64,000 nucleotides of DNA from positions 1,426,001 through 1,490,000 of the forward strand of contig CM022678.1 in assembly GCA_012295275.1 (NCBI GenBank), in the 5' to 3' direction. This DNA comes from Chrysomallon squamiferum. Its lineage: Eukaryota; Animalia; Mollusca. How positions within the stretch are numbered: position 1 is the first letter of the stretch; every line of letters begins with the position of its first letter. The position numbers and the translations under genes were made by a program. Of this stretch, positions 1 to 11,579 are shown in pieces. The notes under the pieces were generated by a model, which was not told the DNA's origin, did no database searches, and was given only the letters and a program-made list of their open reading frames with translations.

Positions 1-1233
1 CACATATATGTTTAACCGATATAAAATTAATTTTACAACAGTCCATTACTACAGTTTTACGTAAAAACCAAAAAATACGAGTTTTTAGGTTTGCTAAGTA
101 ATGTATGTAACAAACAACAAACTGTCTATACACAGAAATACACACAGCTCTTAAAACATTCTTTGAACTAACATAGCAGGGTGGGGCTTAGCTGATCTAA
201 TTTATTGGGGTGGAGCAGGGGAGTATTCCATCCTAATATATGTGAGTGGGGTAGGGGGTTTTCTGCATCCTTACATATTTGGGGTATGCAAGCAATCTAA
301 CATTTCAGGGTGTGTAAGGGGTGTACAGCAATCTAAAGTATGCAGTGGGGTAGGGGAAAAACAGCAATCTGATGTACAAGGGTGAGGCAGGGTCTGGGGG
401 TAAAAGACAGTTATGTTTGAGGGTGGGGAATGAGCTAGGGTACACATCAAGTTATTGTTAGACTAAACAACAACAAGATTTAGAAAACAGTTAACTTACC
501 AGATTTAACAAACAACTGATAACATGATGAATACAGATATGAAAACAGTTATATTTACAAATGTTCTGAACAGACTGGGTAGAGGAGCTGCAATGTCATA
601 TTCTTCGTCATCATTGTCATATTGTAATAATTATCATTTATAATCATTTCATTAGGTTTATATTTACTTTAATCAATGTCTCAAAATAAATAAACTCTAA
701 TGCTTCCAAATTTGGGGATTTAATATTTATTTCTCAGTTTAAAACATAATTATCTCTCTTTATACAATGCAATAGAGTCACTTCCCTTACTATGATAAGA
801 CCAATCAAAGATTGTCAAACAGAAAGTTATTGTTCAATTCAAGAGATGCCTATTCTGCTTTTTCAAATTTGAAAATGGATATAACTAAAAATTATAGCAT
901 TGTATTTTAATGTTGTATTTTCAGTAATGATAATGAGAATTATGATGATAATGATAGTAATGATGATAATGATAATGATATTTTTAATAATAATATATTA
1001 ATAAAAATGATAATAATAATGATAATAATTTATTTATTATGAATCTTTAAGCATTATATTTCAACAATAAATAAATAAATAAACAAATAAATAAATAAAT
1101 GAAATAAAAAAAAAAACAGAAAACAACCATCAACAATTCTTTTTTCTAAAAATGAATCAATTTGTAAAAAAAAAAAAAAACCAAATCCCCCAAAAAGCGT
1201 CACAAAAAGTCAGTCAGTGTGAACTCAGCTTTA

Positions 1234-1755
1234 CTAACTATCAACATTTTTCACGGTGTTCTTAGCAGAACAACATCGCTGCACCAGCATCTTCCTTGAA
1301 GCAAACGACGACGTCGTGGACGGCCTCAGCCCAAAACTGAGGTGTGGTCGCGAGTTCCTCACCCTCCCATTTTCCACCAGCCACATTCCTTGCTTCACGT
1401 CTGAGTCACGCTTCATCGGCTTGAACAAAACGTTCCTGTCGTCCAGTCTCATTTTGATAAAATCCGTCGTCGTCAACATTTTCGGACTGCAACATCGGCC
1501 ACCACGCTGCTGCTGTTTCTTCAGAATGTTGAGAGAGTCGAACATGAAGCCGGAGAGCCTCGGTTTCGGTTCCACGGCACGTACGGGACGACCTTCGGGT
1601 CCGGAAGGTCGCTGACGAACTGGGTGGGGGAGATGACAAGAGTTATCTTCTCCTGGGGGGGCGTCGGTTTGGTCCGGGGTGTGGACACTGGGACACTCTT
1701 TTGTTGGAGAGAAGGGAAAGGTGTTTGTTTTAGCCTCGAGTCTCTCCACATGCAT
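1234..1755 (-). CDS. GC-rich coding-like segment, probable late or terminal exon of the CCP gene; acceptor and frame uncertain
   Basis: GC/CpG-rich island like the other exons. Protein-like text appears in more than one minus-strand frame (SVPVSTPRTKP...VPYVPWNRNR and GFMFDSLNILKK...NVDS*). Confidence 0.55.
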   Translation of the reverse strand: MHVERLEAKTNTFPFSPTKECPSVHTPDQTDAPPGEDNSCHLPHPVRQRPSGPEGRPVRAVEPKPRLSGFMFDSLNILKKQQQRGGRCCSPKMLTTTDFIKMRLDDRNVLFKPMKRDSDVKQGMWLVENGRVRNSRPHLSFGLRPSTTSSFASRKMLVQRCCSAKNTVKNVDS

Positions 1756-1887
1756 TTAAAACAGTTTGTATTGTTGTTGTTATTATTATTTTATTATTAT
1801 TATTTTATTCTTTTATTTTTTTTATTATTATTAGATTTTATTAGTTGTTTTTTTGATATTTGGGGTTTATTTTATATACTTTTTTAA

Positions 1888-1928
<41 letters not shown>

Positions 1929-1944
1929 TACAAACAACAAAACA

Positions 1945-2002
<58 letters not shown>

Positions 2003-2762
2003 TATCTTATTAGTATATATATATTCCATGTTAATTAATTGAAACAGGAATACAATGGGGGAAAAAAATTTATAATATCTTTAATCACAGTGCAGGAAAT
2101 TAATTATTTAAACAAACAAACAAACAAACAATCAAACAAACAAATAAATAATTATCAGTAAAATAAATAATTTCATCCACATTTCAGAAACACACTTCAG
2201 TTTTACTTTGTAACAATAATCTGTAATACGAAGTTGTCCTCTGTAACGAGGTTACAGAACAAAAATATGCAAATTGTAAAGTATTAAAAATTAAGATTAC
2301 AGTTTCTAAAATATATGATCTAATACTAAAAAAAAAAAAAAAAAAAATATAAAAAAATGTGAAATATTTAAAAGTATTATTATTTACTTCTTAATTATAT
2401 ATAAAAATATGTGTATGTATAGATACATATGTACATACACACATACATACTTCTTATTATTTAAAAAAAATATAAAAATTAATTGTTACAGATGTCAAAA
2501 TATCAGGTTTAAAATGCTTGAAGACTAGGATTATTTAAAATAAAGTTAAGTTAAAATTGATCGTTTTAATAAATCTTAAATAAAACAATAAAAAAAATTC
2601 TCAAAAGAACATGACGTTTAATTGTGTCAGCGTCTTTCTATATTTTTAACAGAAACAGGTGATATTTTTTATATTTTTTTAATTTTTTGTTAGGATTATT
2701 TTTTATATATATATATATATATATCAAATTGAAACAATGTAGTAACACATAGTAACTCTTAC

Positions 2763-2858
2763 CTTTGACCTATAGATGTGATTAGAAGAGTAGTTGACAC
2801 TGGTTGCTATGGTTGCAGTGTGTGGGTTAGTGTCACTCACAAGTGCAGGCAGGGAATG
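2763..2858 (-). CDS. Candidate 96-bp symmetric exon of the CCP gene (HSLPALVSDTNPHTATIATSVNYSSNHIYRSK)
   Basis: Acceptor tttcctag with an upstream TACTAAC branch-like motif, donor AAG|GTAAG, phase 0 to 0, open frame. No family motif. Confidence 0.55.
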
Positions 2859-2938
2859 CTAGGAAATTCAACCAATCACCTGTTAGTACTGTCAACTGCT
2901 CCGCCTCAGTATGTTAATGTGTTTAAATTTATTTTTAG

Positions 2939-2979
<41 letters not shown>

Positions 2980-4244
2980 TGTTATTACTGTTATTGTTAC
3001 TGTTATTGTTGTTATTATTATTATTATTATTATTATTGTTAAATTTTATTTTTTAAAAATTTAAAACATGATAGAAATTCATCATTTTATTTATTTACCC
3101 ATTTCATTGTTTTAAATTTTTTACTTAGAATAAACAATAAATTTTATTGCTTTCTGTTTAAATAATGTATTCATCATTTTCTTTATTTACATTTTTAAGA
3201 ATGAAAAATATTTTTCAATTTTGTCAGTTTAATAATTATTTGTTTATTTATTATTTTTAAATTATTTATTATTTATTTATCGTCATTTCTTTTCTTAATT
3301 TGTTAGTTTAATTCAATAAATCTTTTTTAATATTATATTTTAATAAATTTTTCAAAAATATTTTCTGTTTCAATAAAGAATAACAACATAACAAACTTTT
3401 GAAGACATTTGATGTTTTCATAAACAATTGTTTACTAATTTTAAATTTTTTTTTATTATTTTATATTTTTTTTTTATCAAATTTTTAAATGGATTTAATT
3501 TAGTTAATTTTAACCTCAAATTATTTAATTTACTCTATTTTATTTAATTAGTTATTATTTTTTATTATTTAAATCATGTTTGTAAATTTTCTTTTTATTA
3601 AAATGAATTTACTTTAATTTCAAATTATTTCTTATGAAATGTATTTAGGCAGAATGTTAACAGAAAATTCATGCAAAATTAACACAAATAACAAAACACT
3701 GTATATATGTGTGTTAGTCATAAAACACACACAGACACAAAACATATTAAAATGTGATGTGTTAGGGTAAGGTTGTGTTATGTGGATATGGGAGGGAGGG
3801 GGTGTGTTATGTGGAGGTGGGGCAGGGTGTGTATTTACAGTCACACATGTGTTGTGATTTTACTTATTTGAATATTATTACAATTACATATAAAAATATA
3901 TATTTTTTTATGTCTGTAAGATAATAATAATAATAACAATAATAACAAATATAATAATAATAAAATAATAATAATAATAATCACATAATAATAATAATAA
4001 TAATAATAAAAATCATATAATAATAATAGCATAATAATAATAATAATAATAAATAAATAACAAATAATTTCAAAAAATAAAATAAAAATATAAAAATAAT
4101 TATAACATTTATAAATAATTACTCTTTCATGTTGCTGTTAAGAGGAATTGAACCATGCTCCCACCAGATCCCAGACACAAGAAGACGAGTGCGTGCTGTT
4201 AGTGTAAAAACATTGTGTGTGGACAAACAGACGGACGCACTTAC

Positions 4245-4398
4245 AGACATCACCTTCTCTCTGTCTCGCTCCCTCTCGACTTTTTTTTCTGACGTTATCT
4301 TCTTGTCGTGGTCTCGCTGTTTCTTCGATTTTCTCTTCTTCTTCCTTTTTATTTCTGGTTTCATTTCTGGTTCTGATTCACTGTCACTGTCACTGGAA
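4245..4398 (-). CDS. AGBL2: CCP2/3-like exon, acidic/Ser then basic stretch (DSSDSDSESEPEMKPEIKRKKKRKSKKQRD...)
   Basis: Acceptor attacag in phase 2. Two phase-0 donor options: exon end 4254 (AAG|GTGATG) or 4245 (TCT|GTAAGT). Confidence 0.82.
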
Positions 4399-4576
4399 CT
4401 GTAATATAAAAAAATAAAATATATAATTAAAATAAACAAAACCCACATATAATTTAAAAAAAATCATAGAACAGTAGTCACAGAAAGAAAAAAAAACTTT
4501 CATATAAAACACAATAAAAACTTACTCAAATCACAGAGCCATTGTTGGAACAAGAAAAAAATAAAAACAGGCTTAC

Positions 4577-4874
4577 TCTGATTCTTCAATAGCTTCTCTG
4601 ACGTTGAGTTCTGCGAGTACATTCATACATCTGTCCATTGTTTTCAGCGACACGTTGTCAATCAGCTGGTTGACCTCCTTCCTCGTCAGCGAAGGTCGTT
4701 TGTCGTCCAGCGACCTCGCAGGTTTGTTCCGGTTCTTCTCGTCCTTCTTCGTCCTCTGCTTTTCCTCCAGGTTCGAGTTTTCTTTCTCTTTGGCTAGAAG
4801 GTCAAGGACGGCCTCCGTCCACTTCTCAGCATCCTCCTGAATTGTCTCCGCCTCGGTCATTGTCAGTGAAGAAT
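4577..4874 (-). CDS. AGBL2: CCP2/3-like C-terminal region exon (DSSLTMTEAETIQEDAEKW...REAIEES)
   Basis: 298-bp open GC-rich frame. Acceptor tttcag, donor GTAAG, phase 1 to 2. Confidence 0.85.
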
Positions 4875-5305
4875 CTGAAACATTTAAATTTTTTATATTA
4901 AATTTAAATTAGATTTTTAGTTTTAAAAAAAATGTTCAGTTAAATAACACACAAACATACATACACACAGAGACATATATGCATTAAATTTTTACTTTAA
5001 ATTAATATTTTTTAACTTAAATGCATCTATTAAATTATAAAATGTATTAAATTTTGTATGTGTGTATATATCTATATCTATTGCTATGTATATGAAATAT
5101 ATATATTTATGTTATAAACAGAAAGATAGATATAGATATCTAAAAAAAAAAAAAAAAAAAAAAATTGTATTTGTATAAATCTTATTATTTTTTGAACTGT
5201 CTGTTAGGCAGTTGATAATAAATAAGAATCTTAAATCATTTTAAAAACTAAAAATTACGAAAAAAACCCAACAACAAACAAATAAAACAAGGATTTTTCG
5301 TTCAC

Positions 5306-5430
5306 CTTTGTCTAAGTTGACTATTTCTGCGAAGTTTGGCAGTTTGATGTTTGGAGGTAGCAAGCCGCGTGACGCGAGAATCTGCTGAGTGACGACACGA
5401 GTCAGATCCAACACAACCTCCGTCTGTCGC
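5306..5430 (-). CDS. AGBL2: CCP2/3-like C-terminal region exon (VRQTEVVLDLTRVVTQQILASRGLLPPNIKLPNFAEIVNLDK)
   Basis: Acceptor tatttcag, donor G|GTGAAC, phase 2 to 1. In frame with both neighbours. Confidence 0.85.
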
Positions 5431-5432
5431 CT

Positions 5433-5830
5433 GAAATACACCACTCAAAGTTAAATACACCACTCAAATACTCAATTACTCAACAGTTAATACACCAGTT
5501 CACTCAAAGTTAAATACACCAGTTCATTCAAAGTTAAATACACCAGTTCACTCAAAATTAAATACACCAGTTCACTCAAACTCAATTACTCAACAGTTAA
5601 TACACCAGTTCACTCAAATACTCAACAGTTAAAACACCAGTTCACTCAGATACTCAACAGTTAACACAGTGTATATAACAGTTCACTCAAAATTAAATAC
5701 TAAATTACTCAACATTTAATACAGTGTATAACAATTTACTCAAAACTGAATAAAGTTTACTGAAAAATAAATTAAAACTAAATACAATATATAACAATTT
5801 ACTCAAAATTAAACACAATATCTAACAATT
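5433..5830. repeat. Short degenerate tandem repeat abutting the 5430 acceptor
   Basis: Repeated ttaaatacaccagttcactcaaa, decaying away from the exon. Confidence 0.85.
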
Positions 5831-6067
5831 TCATCTAACTTAAAAACAGTCTGTATTATATTTAAAAACTTATACAATCTATAACAATTAATACAAAATA
5901 TGATAATAATAATGATGATGATGATGATGGTAATAATAATAATAATAATAATAACAACAACAAGAAGACAACAATAATAATAATAGTAATGTATAAAAGT
6001 TTTAGTGTGAATTATGATTTGGTGAGTAATAAAGCTGTTATTTTCACACTTGGTGTTGCTGACTCAC

Positions 6068-6166
6068 ACTTTGTTCTCCTGGAGGTGGTTGTAGTCGAGT
6101 ACTGCCTGACACAGCGTGCTGCCCATGCTCACGAAGTCGTTGATGTTGAAGTGACGACAGTTTGAC
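6068..6166 (-). CDS. AGBL2: CCP2/3-like exon ([33 protein letters not shown])
   Basis: HF---D---MG---C---LDY marks the end of the catalytic domain. 99 bp, phase 2 to 2. Confidence 0.92.
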
Positions 6167-6209
6167 CTGAAAACAGTTCAGTTGTGTTAAAACCGGTGAT
6201 CTTTAACAG

Positions 6210-6788
6210 TCTGTCTGTCTGTGTGTCTGTGTGTGTGTGTGTTTGTGTGTGTGTCTGTGTGCATGTGTGTGTGTGTCTGTGTGCATGTGTGCCTGTGTGT
6301 GTGTGTGTCTGTGTGTGTGTGTGTCTGTCTGTGTGTGTGTCTGTCTGTGTGTGTGTCTGTCTGTGTGTGTGTGTCTGTATGTCTGTGTGTGTCTGTATGT
6401 CTGTGTGTGTGTGTGTGTGTGTCTGTGTGCATGTGTGCCTGTGTGTGTGTGTGTGTGTGTCTGTCTGTGTGTGTGTCTGTCTGTGCGTGAATGTGTCGGT
6501 GTGTGTCTCTGTGTGTGTGTGTGTGTGTCTGTTTGTCTGTCTGTGTGTGTGTGTCTGTGTGCACGTGTGCATGTGTGCCTGTGTGTGTGTGTGCGTCTTG
6601 TGTGTGTGTGTTTGTGTCTGTGTGTGTATGTCTGTGTCTGTGTCTGTGTGTGTGTCTGTGTGTGTCTGTGTGTGTCTGTGTGTGTGTGTCTATGTGTGTG
6701 TATGTCTGTGTCTGTGTCTCTGTCTGTGTGTGTGTCTGTGTGTGTCTGTGTGTGTGTATGTGTGTCTGTGTGTGTGTGTGTGTGTCTG
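6210..6788. repeat. (GT)n/(GTCT) microsatellite filling an intron
   Basis: Visible directly. Confidence 0.95.
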
Positions 6789-6809
6789 ACAGTTATAGAT
6801 AAAACTCAC

Positions 6810-6955
6810 TGATCAATGATGGTTCCACTGAATGTAGCTTCCAGTGTGAAACTGTTCACTATTTTCAGCTGTCTCCACATGACAACTCTCCCAGTCGACT
6901 CCTTGCACTTCCGAATGTAAAACTTACACGACTGAAACGAAAACTTCTCCGGTGC
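6810..6955 (-). CDS. AGBL2: CCP2/3-like exon with catalytic Glu (APEKFSFQSCKFYIRKCKESTGRVVMWRQLKIVNSFTLEATFSGTIID)
   Basis: KE-TGRVV and SFTLEATF-G motifs. Acceptor tttcag, donor GTGAG, phase 0 to 2. Confidence 0.96.
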
Positions 6956-7040
6956 CTGAAACAAACAACAAACATTTCTATAAGATTTTACATCTTTAAA
7001 AATACTGAATATTCAGTGTGTGTGTGTGTATGTATATAGC

Positions 7041-7100
<60 letters not shown>

Positions 7101-7121
7101 CTCTCTCTGTCTCTCTCTTAC

Positions 7122-7278
7122 CTTCTGTGACATGAGCCAAGGGAAGAGCCTCTGCTGTGTGATGAAGGCTCTGGCCAAACCCACTTTGTTTTAAATATCC
7201 TGCTCGGATGTGTTGTTGCCGTAACATGAACGTGTTGTGTTTTCTGCTGTGTCCGTGTAGGTCACAGTACAACAGCAC
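7122..7278 (-). CDS. AGBL2: CCP2/3-like exon with third zinc ligand, frame-disrupted (VLLYCDLHGHSRKHNTFM / YGNN...RLFPWLMSQK)
   Basis: YCDLHGHSRK motif. An extra base after ATG shifts FMYG, and the corrected frame still contains one TAA before RLFPWLMSQK|GTAAG. Length 157 bp = 3n+1 between phase-0 neighbours. Confidence 0.88.
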
Positions 7279-7445
7279 CTGCAGTCAAACACCTTACTGT
7301 TATTACTGTTAAACATCAGTATTAGTAGTTTTGCTATTGTTGTCATTATTATTGTTAAATATTATTCTTGTTCTTCTTCTTATTATTTGTATTTTCATCA
7401 TTATCATCGTTATTATTATTATTGTTATTATTATTATTATTATTA

Positions 7446-7491
<46 letters not shown>

Positions 7492-7805
7492 TATTATTTC
7501 ACAGTTAGTGGGGTTACACAAAATTGTTATTTCTCTCATTCTGTCACTGATGGATGAACAGAAGGATAAAGGATGGACAGATGGATGAATGAAGAGACAA
7601 AAGTTTGGTGGAAGTACAGACAGATGAATGCAAGGATAGAAATTTGGAGGAACAGACAAAGGATAAAATGTTGAGGGAAGGAAGAAAATTATTATAAGCA
7701 AACAGACGGTCAGACCTATGAATAAGAAGAATTAGAAGAACACAACACAGACAATATACATAGAAAGAAGACTGACTGACTGATGACCTTTGACCTGTGA
7801 CCCAC

Positions 7806-7994
7806 CTCGTGTTTCTGACTCAGCATCTCAATCATGTTCTTCACGTGCCACACGGTGGGGAAGCTGTCCTGTCTGGGGTGGCGGTAGTTGCGGTTGAGGT
7901 CTCGCGCTGACAGGGAGCAGCGGTAGTTGCCGACGATGACGCCGTCGGGATTTAACATTGGAATAATTTTAAAAATAAATTTATTGCGCAGTTC
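7806..7994 (-). CDS. AGBL2: CCP2/3-like exon ([37 protein letters not shown]...QKHE)
   Basis: [12 protein letters not shown] and DLNR substrate-binding motifs. 189 bp, phase 0 to 0. Confidence 0.97.
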
Positions 7995-8027
7995 CTGTGA
8001 AGAAAAAGAATGAGACAAGATTTAAAA

Positions 8028-8058
<31 letters not shown>

Positions 8059-8238
8059 ATTAATAAAAATTAATTAATTATTTAATTAATGAAATAAAAT
8101 GAAATTTAAACTTTTTGTTAAAAAATAAATGTATCTTCTGTGGTTCTAATAAATAAAATAAATGTATTATTTTGTTTTAATTACAATCAATGGCAGAAAA
8201 AGTTATTTATTTATTTATTTATACTGAACTAGACTTGC

Positions 8239-8360
8239 CTTGGCTATGTTGTCAGGGCCTGTGATAAAGTCTAGGACTCCTTTCATCATCCAGCTCGCCT
8301 GGGACTCTCCTGGATGAACTCGAGCAGAAACCACAACGACTTTCTTGTGTGGTATGTGAT
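8239..8360 (-). CDS. AGBL2: CCP2/3-like exon with zinc ligands ([41 protein letters not shown])
   Basis: ARVHPGE is the M14 HxxE zinc-binding motif. Acceptor tttcatag; donor AAG|GCAAGT (GC). Confidence 0.95.
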
Positions 8361-8799
8361 CTATGAAAATACACACAGCATACGCTTTTAATAATCTCAG
8401 ATAAATACAAATAATGTATGTTTTTAATATGGCTAAGATAAATACACATGTGTTTCTAGTGTTATGTGGATTAAAATATAAAGCAAGCTTTCAGTATGTG
8501 ATCTGAGACAATTAATATACTCTTCCTGTGATTTATTCTTTTAGTATGTACTGATAATACACATAGCATATTCTTTTAGAAGACACACAATATATTATAT
8601 ATCTGATAGGTGAATGACATGTAATATATTATTTTAAAATGTGGTGTAAAAAACACTGTGTATTTAACCTGCCATAACACAGTGAAATAAAATTACATGG
8701 AGCTGTTTTTTAATTATTTTCCAAACTCTAAAATGATTAAAAATAAATAAATAAATAAATTACCAGAAGACAGGTCTCACACAACATTTTTACAAGACA

Positions 8800-8960
8800 A
8801 ACTTACTGGGTTCTGTGACTGTGAGTAGAAAACTGCTGTTTTAACTTACTGGGTTCTGTGACTAAGAAAACAGCTGTTTTAACTTACTGGGCTCTGTGAC
8901 TGACAAAACAGTTCTGTTTTAACTTACTGGGCTCTGTGACTGTGAGCAGAAAACAGCTGT
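8800..8960. repeat. About 40-bp tandem repeat, 4 copies, containing the exon end and splice donor
   Basis: Unit aacttactggg(t/c)tctgtgact...gtttt; cttac at 8802, 8845, 8883 and 8923. Confidence 0.9.
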
Positions 8961-9112
8961 TGTAACCTGCTCGGGCTCACACAACACTTCTCTCAACTGA
9001 TTTAAATTACTCTCGGTTCTGTGACTGTGAGTCGAAATGTTCTTTTAGGTCAGTGAATGTGTGACTGGGTAGCAGTGAGCAAACTTACAGGGCAGTGTGA
9101 CCATGTGAACTC
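8928..9112 (-). CDS. AGBL2: CCP2/3-like exon, frame-disrupted in this sequence (EF...FAHCYP / TFTDLKEHFD / REVLCE / RAG-NSCFLLTVTEP)
   Basis: Expected motifs (AHCYP, xTxTDL, LC--RAGN--LLTVT) occur in order but in different frames. Acceptor tttcag|GAG and donor CCCA|GTAAG. The exon sits between two tandem arrays. Confidence 0.8.
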
Positions 9113-10870
9113 CTGAAATAGTTAAATATGTACAGTACAGACAGACAAAACAGACTGACTGAACTTACTGGACAAAGACTGTGAAAATAAACAGGTGAAA
9201 GTGTGTTCTGATAACAGCATGCAGGAAAACTGAAATAGTTAAATATATTATATATAGACTGACAGAATGACAGACAAAGTTTTAAATATACAGGTTCTGC
9301 GTGTGTTAGATAACAGCATGCAAACTCCTGAAATTTAAATATATTATATATAGACGACAGAATGACAGAAACAAAGCTGTTTTATACAGGTGAAAGTCTT
9401 CTTAGATAACAGCATGCAGGAAACAGCTGAAATAGTTAAATATATTATATATAGACTGACAGAATGACAGAAAAAAGCTGAAAATATACAGGTGAAAGTC
9501 TGATTCTGCGACACCATGCGGGAACTCCTGAAATAGTTAAATATGTACAGTACAGACAGACAGACAGACAGACTGACAGAATGACAGACAAAGAGTGAAA
9601 ATATACAGGTGAAAGTCTGTTAGATAACAGCATGCAGGAACTCCTGAAATAGTTAAATATGTACAGTACAGACAGACAGACAGACAGACTGACAGAATAA
9701 CAGACAAAGGTCTATACAGGTGAAAGTCTGTTAGATAACAGCATGCTGGAACTTGAAATAGTTAAATATATTATATATAGACTGACAGAATGACAGACAA
9801 ACAAAGATTTTAAATTACAGGGCTGAAAGTCTGTTAAAACAGCATGTTTGGAACTCCTGAAATAGTTAAATATATTATATAAACAGACAGAATGACAGAC
9901 ACAAAGAGTGAAAATATACAGGTGAAAGTCTGTTAGATAACAGCATGCAGGAACTCCTGAAATAGTTAAATATGTACAGTACAGACAGACAGACAGACAG
10001 ACTGACAGAATAACAGACAAAGAGTGAAAATATACAGGTGAAAGTCTGTTAGATAACAGCATGCAGGAACTCCTGAAATAGTTAAATATATTATATATAG
10101 ACTGACAGAATGACAGACACAAAGAGTGAAAATATACAGGTGAAAGTCTGTTAGATAACAGCATGCAGGAACTCCTGAAATAGTTAAATATGTACAGTAC
10201 AGACAGACAGACAGACAGACTGACAGAATAACAGACAAAGAGTGAAAATATACAGGTGAAAGTCTGTTAGATAACAGCATGCAGGAACTCCTGAAATAGT
10301 TAAATATATATATACAGACTGACAGAATAACAGACACACAAAGTGAAAATATACAGGTGAAAGTCTGTTAGATAACAGCATGCGGGAACTCCTGAAATAA
10401 TTAAATATATATATACAGACTGACAGAATGACAGACACAAAGAGTGAAAATATACAGGTGAAAGTCTGTTAGATAACAGCATGCAGGAACTCCTGAAATA
10501 GTTAAATATATTATATATAGACTGACAGAATGACAGACACAAAGAGTGAAAATATACAGGTGAAAGTCTGTTAGATAACAGCATGCGGGAACTCCTGAAA
10601 TAATCTCACATACAGACAGACTGACAGAGTAACAGACACAAAAAGTAAAATATATTCTGTACAACAAGACAAATAGTTATACAGACAGACTGACAGAATG
10701 ACAGAATAACAGACACAAAAACAGCAGAAAATATACAGGTGAAAGTATGGGAACTCCTGAAATAATCTTATAATATTACATATAGACTGACACACACAGA
10801 GACATGCAGACAGAAATTGAAAGAGTACAGGTAACAGGGTGTTAGATAACAGCATCCGAAAACTCCTATA
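9107..10870. repeat. About 100-120-bp tandem repeat array containing the splice acceptor and exon start
   Basis: Recurrent aatatacaggtgaaagtctgttagataacagcatgcaggaactcctgaaatagttaaatat. The copies nearest the exon are noisy. Confidence 0.95.
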
Positions 10871-11003
10871 GACAAACCAACACATGGATGTACAGTTTCT
10901 CCCACTAATTAATATTTAGAAATAAAAATATAAATAATAAAGCATGAAATGTTAATGATTATAAAGACTAAAACAATTTTTTGAAATTAAAACTAAATCT
11001 TAC

Positions 11004-11082
11004 CATCTGCCACTCCAGCATGTAGTAAGCGATACCTCGTTGTAACAGTGGGCAGTGCAGGTTGAGTATGTTCCTTGAATAG
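11004..11082 (-). CDS. AGBL2: CCP2/3-like exon (NYSRNILNLHCPLLQRGIAYYMLEWQM)
   Basis: 79 bp, acceptor gttacag, donor GTAAG, phase 2 to 0. Bridges the flanking exons in frame. Confidence 0.88.
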
Positions 11083-11476
11083 CTGTAACAGACATTTTCA
11101 TTGGTCAGTTAAAATTATTTCCAAAGCGTAACCAAATCTGATTGGCTGCAACTGCAAACATACTTTTTGTTATGTCTGAAAACTAACATTACTATAAAAA
11201 TACTCTTTACTCTTTTGTATTTTTATTTTAATACAAATTATAAAAATATGTTTAATAATGCATTATTATTATTATTATTGTAAGTTAACATTTTAAACAG
11301 GAGTATTAAATTAATTAAAATTTTAAGTGTTAATATATAAAAATATTGTCATTTGGAAACATGGACATATCTTGACAACCCATTTACAGTTTAACAGACA
11401 TTAACAGACACTCCCATCCCCACCCACCCATTAACTGAGGTTGTACTGTATCTGCTAATTAGTGTAAAACTCATAC

Positions 11477-11555
11477 TTTATGTGGTGGCCGGTGTGCATC
11501 CAGCCCACTTTCTTCTCCTTTGCATTAATCTCTGAATAAAACAGCGGCCGCATCC
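11477..11555 (-). CDS. AGBL2: CCP2/3-like exon (GMRPLFYSEINAKEKKVGWMHTGHHI)
   Basis: GM-PL-YS and GW motifs of CCPs. Acceptor ttgtcag, donor GTATGA, phase 1 to 2. Confidence 0.92.
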
Positions 11556-11579
11556 CTGACAACAAAAACAAACAAACAA

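Noticed and set aside
500-625. Possible additional exon (YDNDDEEYDIAAPLPSLF)
   Set aside because: Bounded by stops, AT-rich, and without a usable acceptor in frame.
1256-1615. Plus-strand 119-aa ORF (also 4129-4404 and 4604-4840)
   Set aside because: Antisense shadows of minus-strand exons.
6129-6812. His/Thr- or Cys/Val-rich ORFs (also 19.2-19.7 kb and 56.4-57.0 kb)
   Set aside because: Translations of (CA/GT)n microsatellites.
7190-7225. Programmed frameshift or stop-codon readthrough
   Set aside because: No slippery sequence or recoding structure is visible, and indels elsewhere in the window point to sequence error.
9445-10885. Repetitive ORFs (MLLSNRLSPVYFHSL...)
   Set aside because: Products of the intronic tandem array with inconsistent frames.
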